A stretch of DNA of 64,000 nt. Origin: an uncultured Psychrobacter sp. (GTDB taxonomy: Bacteria > Pseudomonadota > Gammaproteobacteria > Pseudomonadales > Moraxellaceae). Location of the stretch: the NCBI RefSeq assembly GCF_947495825.1, contig NZ_CANMAH010000003.1, positions 225,065 through 289,064 of the forward strand, given 5' to 3'. The notes beneath the pieces are model-generated. The model was not told where the DNA came from. It made no database searches and saw only the letters and a program-made list of their open reading frames with translations. The position numbers were made by a program, and so were the translations under genes. Shown here piece by piece: positions 51,666-60,215 of this stretch. Within the stretch, counting starts at the first letter, position 1; each line of letters begins with the position of its first letter.

Positions 51666-51822
51666 TGGCGCTAATTATGGTCGCTATGGGTTTCATTGTG
51701 ATAAGTACAGTTATTTATTGTTTTAATGGATTCCTGCAGTCTCCAACGCGTTGATAGTTATCATTGTGACAGACAGCATGCTAATATAACAGACACATAA
51801 AAATAGAATAGGACAAAGGGAT

Positions 51823-52719
51823 ATGCTAATAGAATTTACCAAAATGCATGGTCTGGGCAATGATTTTATGGTCATTGATTTGGTAACTCAGCGCTTGGAT
51901 TTGACCAAAGAATTGGTGCAGTTATTAGGAGATCGGCATTTGGGTATTGGCTTTGATCAATTGCTCGTCGTCGAGCCACCAATGCGCCCGGATGTTGATT
52001 TTAGTTATCGTATTTTTAATACCGATGGCACAGAGGTTGAGCAGTGCGGTAATGGTGCCCGCTGTTTTGCCCGTTTTGTGCAAGCGCGTAAATTGTCATT
52101 TAAACAGCGCTTACGTGTCGAGACCGCAGGCGGTATTATTGCTTTGACCACTGATCGCTATGGCTGGGTTGAGGTGGATATGGGCAAACCCAAGTTTGAG
52201 CCAGATGAGATACCATTTACGCCCAGAGCGACGACCAAAATTCAAAACGCCTATCATCTAGACGTCAATGGTACGCCTGTGCAGCTCTATGTTGCCAACA
52301 TGGGCAACCCGCATGCGGTTATCAAAGTCGACGATGTGCTTGATGCTGAAGTCGAAACGTTGGGCAAAGCCATTGAGTCACATCCAGCATTCCCAGAGCA
52401 TGTGAATGTAGGTTTTATGCAGATCATGAATCAGCGTCATATCCGTCTGCGTGTCTATGAGCGCGGCGTCGGTGAGACCCAAGCGTGCGGTACAGGTGCT
52501 TGTGCGGCAGTAGCCATTGGTGTACGCGAAGGCTGGCTTGATGAGGGCGAAGAAATACGGGCGCAGCTATATGGCGGTAGTATGATTATTCAGTGGCAAC
52601 CAGGCTATTCAGTGATGATGACAGGCCCAACTGCCTTTGTTTATGAAGGTGTGTTTAGCCCAGATGGTTTAATGGCGCAAGCAGGAATCAAACCCAACCC
52701 AGTCAACTCATCAAACTGA
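51823..52719 (+). CDS. dapF: Diaminopimelate epimerase
   Basis: FTKMHGLGNDFMVID, with the catalytic cysteines in EQCGNGARC and TQACGTGACA. Confidence 0.95.
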   Translation: MLIEFTKMHGLGNDFMVIDLVTQRLDLTKELVQLLGDRHLGIGFDQLLVVEPPMRPDVDFSYRIFNTDGTEVEQCGNGARCFARFVQARKLSFKQRLRVETAGGIIALTTDRYGWVEVDMGKPKFEPDEIPFTPRATTKIQNAYHLDVNGTPVQLYVANMGNPHAVIKVDDVLDAEVETLGKAIESHPAFPEHVNVGFMQIMNQRHIRLRVYERGVGETQACGTGACAAVAIGVREGWLDEGEEIRAQLYGGSMIIQWQPGYSVMMTGPTAFVYEGVFSPDGLMAQAGIKPNPVNSSN

Positions 52720-52756
52720 GTCAACTACTTGGTATTTGAGGCATCAAGGACAACGT

Positions 52757-53743
52757 ATGTCTATTAAAGATGACTATATCTATATGCCTGCTGAATCTGT
52801 AGAAATAGATAAGGCGCTACGTGAGCTATTATCACCAGTGCATCGCTGGCTAAACACTTTGGCTGTGCGCAATCACTCCGTGCATACTTTAAAGTCTTAT
52901 TTTGCTGGACTAAATCAGCTCGCGTTGTTTTTACGTGGTAAGCAGCTGAGCTGGACACGCTGTGATAAACGCACACTTGCGCAGCATATCAGTCAACGCT
53001 TGGATGAAGATAAACTGGCGCTGGCAAGTGTCCAACAAGAGCTGTCAGCTATTCGGCATTTTTATGGCTGGATGATTGAGGAGGGGTTGGCACGTATCAA
53101 TCCCACCACTGGCTATCAGCTAAAACGCAGCGCTAGACCATTGCCTTCTATTGCTGATGTGGATTTACTGACCCAATTGCTCGATCAAGAGATACCTGAT
53201 ACACCCGAGCAAGCCCGCTTGTGGCTACGTGACAAAGCAATGTTTGAGCTACTATATAGTAGTGGTTTGCGGGTAGGTGAGCTGGTAGCACTTGATATCA
53301 GTGATGTAGATTTGTCCGACTTGCGGGTGCGGGTCACAGGTAAGGGTAATAAGACTCGTCTATTACCGTTAGGCGAGAAGGCTGCCGCTGCCATCAATCG
53401 CTATTTACCGCATCGTAACTTATGGGTAGAGCAGCAAGACAATGCTTTATTTATCAGCGAAAAGCTTGGCACCCGATTATCTACGCGGGCCGTGCAGCAG
53501 CGTCTGAAAGTAGCAGCAACGCGAGCTGGTATTGCACAAAACCTATATCCCCATCTACTGCGCCATTGCTTTGCCTCCCACATGCTCTCAGGTAGTGGCG
53601 ACCTGCGTGCTGTCCAAGAGATGCTAGGCCATAGTGATATCAGTACCACGCAGATCTATACTCATGTTGATTTTGCCAAGCTGACCCAAGTCTATGACCG
53701 TGCCCATCCGCGCGCTACGCATACGCAAAACGAGAAAGACTAG
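52757..53743 (+). CDS. xerC: Tyrosine recombinase XerC
   Basis: Catalytic contexts are GLRVGELV, HLLRHCFASH and MLGHSDISTTQIYTHV. The lptM-lysA-dapF-xerC order is conserved. I placed the start at MSIKDD, which has an AAGGA RBS. Confidence 0.9.
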   Translation: MSIKDDYIYMPAESVEIDKALRELLSPVHRWLNTLAVRNHSVHTLKSYFAGLNQLALFLRGKQLSWTRCDKRTLAQHISQRLDEDKLALASVQQELSAIRHFYGWMIEEGLARINPTTGYQLKRSARPLPSIADVDLLTQLLDQEIPDTPEQARLWLRDKAMFELLYSSGLRVGELVALDISDVDLSDLRVRVTGKGNKTRLLPLGEKAAAAINRYLPHRNLWVEQQDNALFISEKLGTRLSTRAVQQRLKVAATRAGIAQNLYPHLLRHCFASHMLSGSGDLRAVQEMLGHSDISTTQIYTHVDFAKLTQVYDRAHPRATHTQNEKD

Positions 53744-53804
53744 AGCCACATAAAGCCAAACCATACAATGAGATGACACGCGCTGTGCTTAGAGATGTCT
53801 TGGA

Positions 53805-54695
53805 TTATGCTAAGCGATGACACTGAAAAATAGGCATTTTTTGTCGTCCCTGTTCTTGAGCAGGTTTGTCTAAGTCTGCGAATACCAATGCATAGTTTTT
53901 GTCTTGGGTTTGATTATCTAGATGGCTGTTATCATAACAGTCTTTGACAGTACCATTAAAATCAGTAATAGCGGTATGTCCCCATGTTTGACGAATGTTA
54001 CCATTTTTGTACGCGTGATCACCGCCTTGCGCCGCCCCAATCACCATACATTGACTGTCTAAAGCACGAGCCTGCAAGAGCAGCGACCAGTGCGCTTGTC
54101 CTGTCAAATAAGTAAAAGCAGAGGGCGCGCTCAACAAATCGGCTCCAGCTTGACGTAGACGCTGAGCTAGGGCTGGGAAGCGCAAATCAAAACATACCAT
54201 CATTCCAAGTTGATAGACTGAGTCGTTTGCTTCAACTGGCGCCACTACTGTCTGCATGCCAGGCTCAAACGTTGCCGCTTCGTTGTAGCTGCCTTGTTTG
54301 TCAGCCACAGTTGCAGTAAATAGATGAATCTTGTCATAGCGTGCGACCTGCGTCCCATCAGGACCAAACAGCTGGCTGACTTGGCGTAGACGTCCATCAG
54401 GTACGACGACACCATCCGGGCGATAAGAACACGGTAGCGATCCTACCAATAAATAAACGCGGTTGGTACATGCATAGTCTGCCAGCGTAGCTGAGAGAGA
54501 CTCAAAACGCTCAGCAGTCGCAAACTGCCGTCCCATACTACAGCAGTTCTCAGGCAGCACTATGAGCTGCGCTCCTTGAGCACAAGCTTCCTCAATAGCA
54601 GATTTGATAGTCGCTAGGTTTGCATCGATGTCTTGTTGGCTATTCATTTGTACAGCAGCGACCGTAAGTTTATGATTATGCAAGTGGTTATTCAT
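53805..54695 (-). CDS. Carbon-nitrogen hydrolase (nitrilase superfamily) protein
   Basis: The E-K-C triad contexts are LIVLPEN, YDKIHLF and MMVCFDLRFP. Confidence 0.85.
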   Translation of the reverse strand: MNNHLHNHKLTVAAVQMNSQQDIDANLATIKSAIEEACAQGAQLIVLPENCCSMGRQFATAERFESLSATLADYACTNRVYLLVGSLPCSYRPDGVVVPDGRLRQVSQLFGPDGTQVARYDKIHLFTATVADKQGSYNEAATFEPGMQTVVAPVEANDSVYQLGMMVCFDLRFPALAQRLRQAGADLLSAPSAFTYLTGQAHWSLLLQARALDSQCMVIGAAQGGDHAYKNGNIRQTWGHTAITDFNGTVKDCYDNSHLDNQTQDKNYALVFADLDKPAQEQGRQKMPIFQCHRLA

Positions 54696-55011
54696 GTATT
54701 TATTCTCAGTTATTGTTTTAAGATATAAATTATCATAGCAAAATCAGGGCAAATAATGCTATCGTCATTGTTTAGGACAGTTGTACTGCCTAACATGAGC
54801 AGCTTGAAAAATGGTTTAACACGCCTAATCTCATTTATGCCACGATTAAGTAACGGTACTTGTTTTGCTTGCTATTTTTATTTTTACAAATGGTATAAGC
54901 TTATAAAGATGCATACGCTTAAAAATGTGCGTTGTTGTCCATAAGCAGTCGTTATCCATGAGCCGTAAATATATGATTAAAATAATAACATTGGAGTGTA
55001 ATACATAAGCT

Positions 55012-56706
55012 ATGAGTATGTCGTTTGGATTGGCGACCACGCTATCTACCTCCCAAAAGCTAACCCCGCAAATGCAGCAAGCCATCAAATTGTTGCAGCT
55101 CTCTAGCCTTGAGCTTGCACAAGAGGTCCAAGCGAAGCTAGATAGCAATCCATTACTTGAGCGCGTCGAGGAAGATGAGTACGAGTATGACGACAGTGGT
55201 GATACGTCAGCAGATGCGTTAGATGACTCCTTAACGCTTGAGATGTGGAATGACAATAGCGAGGTAGGTCTATCGACTGACATGTCTGACTCATCGGATG
55301 GTAATGATGATTTTGAATATGGTGCTACTGAGTATGATGACACTTTTAGTGATAGCTTAGACAAACTGCAACAGGCAAACATTGATGGCAGTGCTATGGA
55401 TCACACTGATATAGACAATGATTACTCAAGCAGCGACTATCAAAGTACAGATACCGATGAAAGCTATGGCAACTATGATATTGGTAGCTTTAGTGGGAGT
55501 AGCGCCGCAGCAAACACAGATTACGACGAGCTTGATGACTATCAAGGAAGTACGAGTGCCAGTATTCAAGATTATGTACGTTGGCAGCTGAATTTTAAAC
55601 ATCTCTCAGATTCAGATATGCTAGTAGCAGAGTATCTGGTAGATTCGATGGATGATATGGGCTTTGTGCAGTTGGATATTGACGAGCTGTTCAAAAGTTT
55701 CGATACAATGGCAAGCTTTTATCAATGGGATGAGCAGATTGAGCGTGACGAGATAGAAGTGGTGTTGCGTATCATTCAATCTTGTGACCCGCTTGGCGTA
55801 GGCGCACGTAATCTAAGTGAGTGCCTTGCAATTCAATTGAACAAGCTTGATCCTAATACGGAACATTTAGCGCATGCTCAGGCGCTGCTATCTGCTAGTG
55901 ATTATTTGGTTAGTAACAATATCAAAGCGCTGACTGAGACCACAGGTTTGTTACCTGCGCATATTACCCCTGCTATTAATTTATTGCGTACCTTAAACCC
56001 CGCACCAGGTTTGTCCTTTCAAAACACGCAGCCCGACTATACCCAACCACCAGCCAGCTATGATATTCCGGATGTGTTGGTGACCCCGGTCCGTCAACCG
56101 CCCAATAGCGAAGCAAAAGAGGGCGGCTGGCATGTGCGTCTAAATCCAGCTACATTACCAAAACTGCGGATCAATCAAGAGTACGCAAGTTTGGTGAAGC
56201 GCGGTGATGACAGCCCTGACAATCAATATTTGCGCGAAAACCTTACAGATGCACGACTGTTTATTCGTAGTATCGAGGAGCGCAATCAAAACTTGTTAAA
56301 GGTCGCCACTAGTATCGTGCGCCGACAAGATGAGTTTTTGCAACATGGTGCCACAGCGATGCAGCCGCTGATCCTAAAAGATGTCGCAGAAGAAGTAGAA
56401 CTGCATGAATCTACCGTCTCGCGTCTGACCACTAGCAAGACGATTTTAACCCCTCAAGGCCTATTTTCTCTCAAATACTTCTTTTCATCCCATGTCAGTA
56501 GTAATGATGGGGACATCTCGTCCACAGCCATCAGCGCTATGATTAAGCAGCTCATCAGTGAAGAGAATCCTAAAAAGCCCCTATCTGATAGCCGTATTCA
56601 AACTCAGCTACTCACTGACGGTATAGATATCGCACGACGTACAGTAGCCAAATACCGAGAAGCGATGAATATCAGCTCTTCTACGCAGCGCAAAAAGAAA
56701 TATTAA
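55012..56706 (+). CDS. rpoN: RNA polymerase sigma-54 factor
   Basis: N-terminal QKLTPQMQQAIKLLQLSSLEL, the HTH LKDVAEEVELHESTVSR and the RpoN box ARRTVAKYRE. An unusually long acidic region II is present. Confidence 0.95.
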   Translation: MSMSFGLATTLSTSQKLTPQMQQAIKLLQLSSLELAQEVQAKLDSNPLLERVEEDEYEYDDSGDTSADALDDSLTLEMWNDNSEVGLSTDMSDSSDGNDDFEYGATEYDDTFSDSLDKLQQANIDGSAMDHTDIDNDYSSSDYQSTDTDESYGNYDIGSFSGSSAAANTDYDELDDYQGSTSASIQDYVRWQLNFKHLSDSDMLVAEYLVDSMDDMGFVQLDIDELFKSFDTMASFYQWDEQIERDEIEVVLRIIQSCDPLGVGARNLSECLAIQLNKLDPNTEHLAHAQALLSASDYLVSNNIKALTETTGLLPAHITPAINLLRTLNPAPGLSFQNTQPDYTQPPASYDIPDVLVTPVRQPPNSEAKEGGWHVRLNPATLPKLRINQEYASLVKRGDDSPDNQYLRENLTDARLFIRSIEERNQNLLKVATSIVRRQDEFLQHGATAMQPLILKDVAEEVELHESTVSRLTTSKTILTPQGLFSLKYFFSSHVSSNDGDISSTAISAMIKQLISEENPKKPLSDSRIQTQLLTDGIDIARRTVAKYREAMNISSSTQRKKKY

Positions 56707-57116
56707 GAACTGCTTATCTTGTAAAGAGTGCTTCAACTATAAAAATTGGATAATAATAAATAAAAGATTTGGCGCTTTAATAGAGGCTGATATCTACTAG
56801 AAAGGTTGCTTTATACGAGGTTATAAATAAAAAATAAAAATTCCTGATTATATAGAATTGTGCAAATAACAAAAGGTCTGGTTACGTTTAGTTACAATAT
56901 AGCGTATTGCTACTTATGTGCTTTCATGACAAATTAGAGGCATATCAATAATAAATTTGCAGCAGTTAATCTATATTATGAATAGGTGGTTGTTAGAGGA
57001 TTTACCACAGAATGAATATATGATGACTCTACTTTTGTTATTGATAAGGCAAGGTGGTATAGGCCGGAGTGCCAAACCATCTGTTGACTATGAGTAATAA
57101 ATATAAGGATCAGCAT

Positions 57117-57497
57117 ATGAACGTTTCTATCAGTGGTCACCATATCAGCGTAACCGATGCAATGAACACAGCTGTACGTGAAAAACTTGAAAAAGTAGAG
57201 CGTCACTTTGATCAGATTCAAAGTATTCAAGTGATACTATCGCTAGATAATAGTGGAGCAAGCGACGGAGGTAAGAAGAGTCATAAAGCCGAAGCGATCA
57301 TGCGAGTCTCAGGTCAAGAAATGTTCGTCCAAGCGTGTGAAGATGATATGTATAAAGCCATTAACGAGATGGCAGACAAGCTTGATAGACAAGTGCGCAA
57401 ATATAAAACTCGTCAAGAGCGCAAAAAGGTCCGCGGTGCAGGACGCGAGGGACGCTATGAAGATGTGTTGGGAGCTGAAGCGGCTCCAGCGACTTAG
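57117..57497 (+). CDS. hpf: Ribosome hibernation promoting factor
   Basis: MNVSISGHHISVTDAMNTAVREKLEKV is the typical HPF/YfiA N-terminus. An AAGGAT RBS is present. The gene lies downstream of rpoN. Confidence 0.9.
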   Translation: MNVSISGHHISVTDAMNTAVREKLEKVERHFDQIQSIQVILSLDNSGASDGGKKSHKAEAIMRVSGQEMFVQACEDDMYKAINEMADKLDRQVRKYKTRQERKKVRGAGREGRYEDVLGAEAAPAT

Positions 57498-57575
57498 TGA
57501 CAGCATTAGTCAGTTAACAAAAAATCAGGCAATAAAGGCCCAATAAATACAATAAAAACTTAATAAAAAAGGGAT

Positions 57576-57634
57576 AAATAACATATAAAAAGACCTCAAC
57601 ATATGATGTGTCGAGGTCTTTTTATATGTTATTT
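57576..57634. terminator. Bidirectional terminator / long perfect palindrome
   Basis: Perfect 22-bp arms aaataacatataaaaagacctc (57576-57597) and gaggtctttttatatgttattt (57613-57634) lie between convergent hpf and thiS. Confidence 0.8.
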
Positions 57635-57659
57635 GTTTGAGACAAAAGGCAGATAAGAT

Positions 57660-57860
57660 CTAACCACCACCGACTGCTTGTACGACTTCTATATTCATAC
57701 CTTCGACGATACGTAGCTGTGCAAGCTCGCTCTTAGGGACAAGCTCACCATCAACTTCGACCGCATAGCGACCACTGCTCAGTCCCAGTTCATTAACAAC
57801 TAACTGGACAGTTTGATGAGTGGTCTGTAATGTTCTTCCATTGACATGAATAGTACTCAT
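57660..57860 (-). CDS. thiS: Sulfur carrier protein ThiS
   Basis: The protein is 66 aa from MSTIHVNG and ends in GG. It is collinear with E. coli ThiS. The ORF-track start at 57914 is probably too far upstream. Confidence 0.8.
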   Translation of the reverse strand: MSTIHVNGRTLQTTHQTVQLVVNELGLSSGRYAVEVDGELVPKSELAQLRIVEGMNIEVVQAVGGG

Positions 57861-57944
57861 AATATTTGTTCCCTCAAAACAGTGATTCAACTCAATAGCT
57901 ATTTGATTGGTCATATTAGGACTATGACGTTTTACATTTTAACG

Positions 57945-58310
57945 TTATCTACTCATTTTAAACACAGTGACGGCAAGCCAGAGCCAGCCTGCTATTAATA
58001 AAATACCGCCCACAGGCGTTATGGCCCCAAACCAACGCGGTGCGCCTAGAGTCATCGCAAACAAGCTACCGGCAAATATGATAATACCAATCTGTAGTAG
58101 CCAAGCACTAACGTGAGTGGCATAACCTAGGCGAATCAAGAGTCCGACGACCAATAACCCAAGTGCATGAATAAATAGATACAGCGTTGCTGTATGCCAC
58201 CACTCAAGCTGCTGAGCATCGACCATGCTTTTGATAGCATGAGCACCAAACGCGCCTAGGCCAACTGCAATAGCGAGATTTATCGCTGCAACACTTATCC
58301 AATTTAACAT
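57945..58310 (-). CDS. DUF423 (YgdD-like) membrane protein
   Basis: The protein has 4 TM segments and the pattern GAFGAH...HALGLL typical of DUF423. Confidence 0.8.
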   Translation of the reverse strand: MLNWISVAAINLAIAVGLGAFGAHAIKSMVDAQQLEWWHTATLYLFIHALGLLVVGLLIRLGYATHVSAWLLQIGIIIFAGSLFAMTLGAPRWFGAITPVGGILLIAGWLWLAVTVFKMSR

Positions 58311-58413
58311 GCGACCACACTTGTTATAAGTTATACATTTAGACTGTTAGAAGTATATTTGACTATTCATTGAATACTATCTTATACGTTCAGTCTTCAT
58401 AACAAAAAGATAT

Positions 58414-59442
58414 TTATTGAATGTCATCAGGCAAAATGACGCTCTCAATAGTCATCGCATCACGAATTTTGTCCATGGCATTTTTTTCGATCTGACGTAC
58501 TCGTTCTGCTGAGATAGAGTAGACGGCAGCCAGCTCATGCAAGGTAGACTTTTGCTCTGTCAGCCAACGCTGTTCAACAATATCACGCGAGCGATCATCT
58601 AAGGTATCCATCGCTGCTATCAATGCTGATGAGTTACTCTCTTCCCAATCAGACTCTTCTATCATCTCAGCAGGATCAATACCGTCTTCTAAAAACAACT
58701 GCGGTGCATAGCGTCCATCATCATCGTCACTTGATTGCGTCTCAAACGATGCGTCGTATGACGTCAGACGCGACTCCATCTCTAGCACTTGCTTACGTGT
58801 GACATTCAAATCCTTTGCGATAGCATCTGCTTCTTCTAATGTCAGCTGATTATTGGTCTTTTTGAGACTACGTAAATTAAAGAATAACTTACGATGTGCC
58901 TTAGTAGTGGCAACTTTCACAATGCGCCAGTTACGAATCACAAATTCATGAATTTCAGCTTTGATCCAATGCACTGCAAAAGACACCAAACGTACACCCT
59001 TATTGGGATCAAAACGTTTGACCGCTTTCATCAATCCTAAATTACCTTCTTGAATCAAATCGGCTTGCGGTAGACCGTACCCTGAATAACTACGAGCAAT
59101 ATGAATGACAAAACGCAGGTGTGACATGACCAGTAAGCGTGCAGCCTCAACATCGCCTTCATCGTAGTAGCGATGGGCAAGCTCTTGCTCTTGAGTCGGT
59201 GTCAAGATAGGGATTTGATGGACAGTATTGATATACGCACCCAAATTCACCCCTGGTGCAGACAGATGAGTCGGCATGGCAGGTACTAAATCGCGTGTAC
59301 TGGTGTCTTCTAGTGCACTGGCATCGTAGGGTGGGCGCTGCGCTGCAGCATTCAGCGCCGCTTCACGTGCAGCATTTTTTTCAGTACCAGCACTGTCTTG
59401 CGTCTTTTTTGTTGTGGAAGATTCAGTAGATGGAGTAGTCAT
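58414..59442 (-). CDS. rpoH: RNA polymerase sigma-32 (heat shock) factor
   Basis: LRFVIHIARSYSGYGLPQADLIQEGNLGLMKAVKRFDP, the RpoH box-like region (QLTLEEADAIAKDLNV...) and the region 4.2 sequence ISAERVRQIEKNAM. An N-terminal extension is present. Confidence 0.9.
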   Translation of the reverse strand: MTTPSTESSTTKKTQDSAGTEKNAAREAALNAAAQRPPYDASALEDTSTRDLVPAMPTHLSAPGVNLGAYINTVHQIPILTPTQEQELAHRYYDEGDVEAARLLVMSHLRFVIHIARSYSGYGLPQADLIQEGNLGLMKAVKRFDPNKGVRLVSFAVHWIKAEIHEFVIRNWRIVKVATTKAHRKLFFNLRSLKKTNNQLTLEEADAIAKDLNVTRKQVLEMESRLTSYDASFETQSSDDDDGRYAPQLFLEDGIDPAEMIEESDWEESNSSALIAAMDTLDDRSRDIVEQRWLTEQKSTLHELAAVYSISAERVRQIEKNAMDKIRDAMTIESVILPDDIQ

Positions 59443-59536
59443 ATTCTTGACCTTGATTAAATAGGTAAGCAAATATTAAACGAGCAAATATTCAGATAAA
59501 AATCTTTATTGTCTTAATTGTAAAGGATAGCGACGC

Positions 59537-60025
59537 TTAGTTGCTATCGGTTTTGGTAATGATGAAGTGAAATATTGTATCGGAAGTCTTCGTTAAGGTG
59601 CTATCCGTCTCTTGCCCAGTAGTCGTTTGATTCACAGTTAAAAGCAGCAGCTCGCCATCATTGGTTTGACGCGATTGATGACAAAATGCCGTAATATCTG
59701 CTTGAGAGTTGGGATCAGTTGCCACGACATATAACGACTCACCACTAACGACACTACGTAGTGCGACTTTAGTTTTTAACAGTGGCATGGGACAAGCAAG
59801 TCCGCGTCCATCCACCATACCTTTTACTTTAATGACAGGCTGCGTATGGTCTAGGGCCTCTGTTGACTCAATATAGTTGATGCAGTAAGTTGGTAATAAA
59901 CGTAGTAATGACGCAATCTTAACCTGCTCAGTATCAGATAATGATTGCTGTAAGCAGACCTGATGAGGTGCGTATATCGTAGTATTCAAATTGCCTTTTG
60001 CAGACATAGATAAAATCCTTAGCAT
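59537..60025 (-). CDS. TusA/SirA-like sulfurtransferase domain protein with extra N-terminal region
   Basis: The family motif DGRGLACPMPLLKTK (CPxP) is present. The start is uncertain (Met 60025 or Met 60007). Confidence 0.65.
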   Translation of the reverse strand: MLRILSMSAKGNLNTTIYAPHQVCLQQSLSDTEQVKIASLLRLLPTYCINYIESTEALDHTQPVIKVKGMVDGRGLACPMPLLKTKVALRSVVSGESLYVVATDPNSQADITAFCHQSRQTNDGELLLLTVNQTTTGQETDSTLTKTSDTIFHFIITKTDSN

Positions 60026-60215
60026 CTGAGTCTTGATTAATTAAGCTTTAAAACTCAACGTTTAAAGTCGTTGTAAACTACTACAAAGTAAAACCATTAT
60101 AATTATGAAACATAGTTATGCTAAAACAATGGTTATATTATAACAAACTGTAATAGAGCAAAAGCAGTTGAATATAGTCATCGTTATGATTGACCTATTA
60201 AAATTACCCTAAGAA

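Noticed and set aside
52736-53743. A dif recombination site near xerC
   Set aside because: I scanned the flanking intergenic regions for an 11-6-11 XerC/XerD-type site (…TATAA-N6-TTATGTTAA…) and found none. dif is normally near the terminus and not next to xerC.
54846-55382. A 178-aa Ser-rich ORF on the minus strand
   Set aside because: It is antisense to the acidic region II of rpoN. GAT/GAC/GAA/AGT-rich codons read in reverse give a Ser/Ile-rich open frame. It has no RBS and overlaps a high-confidence gene.
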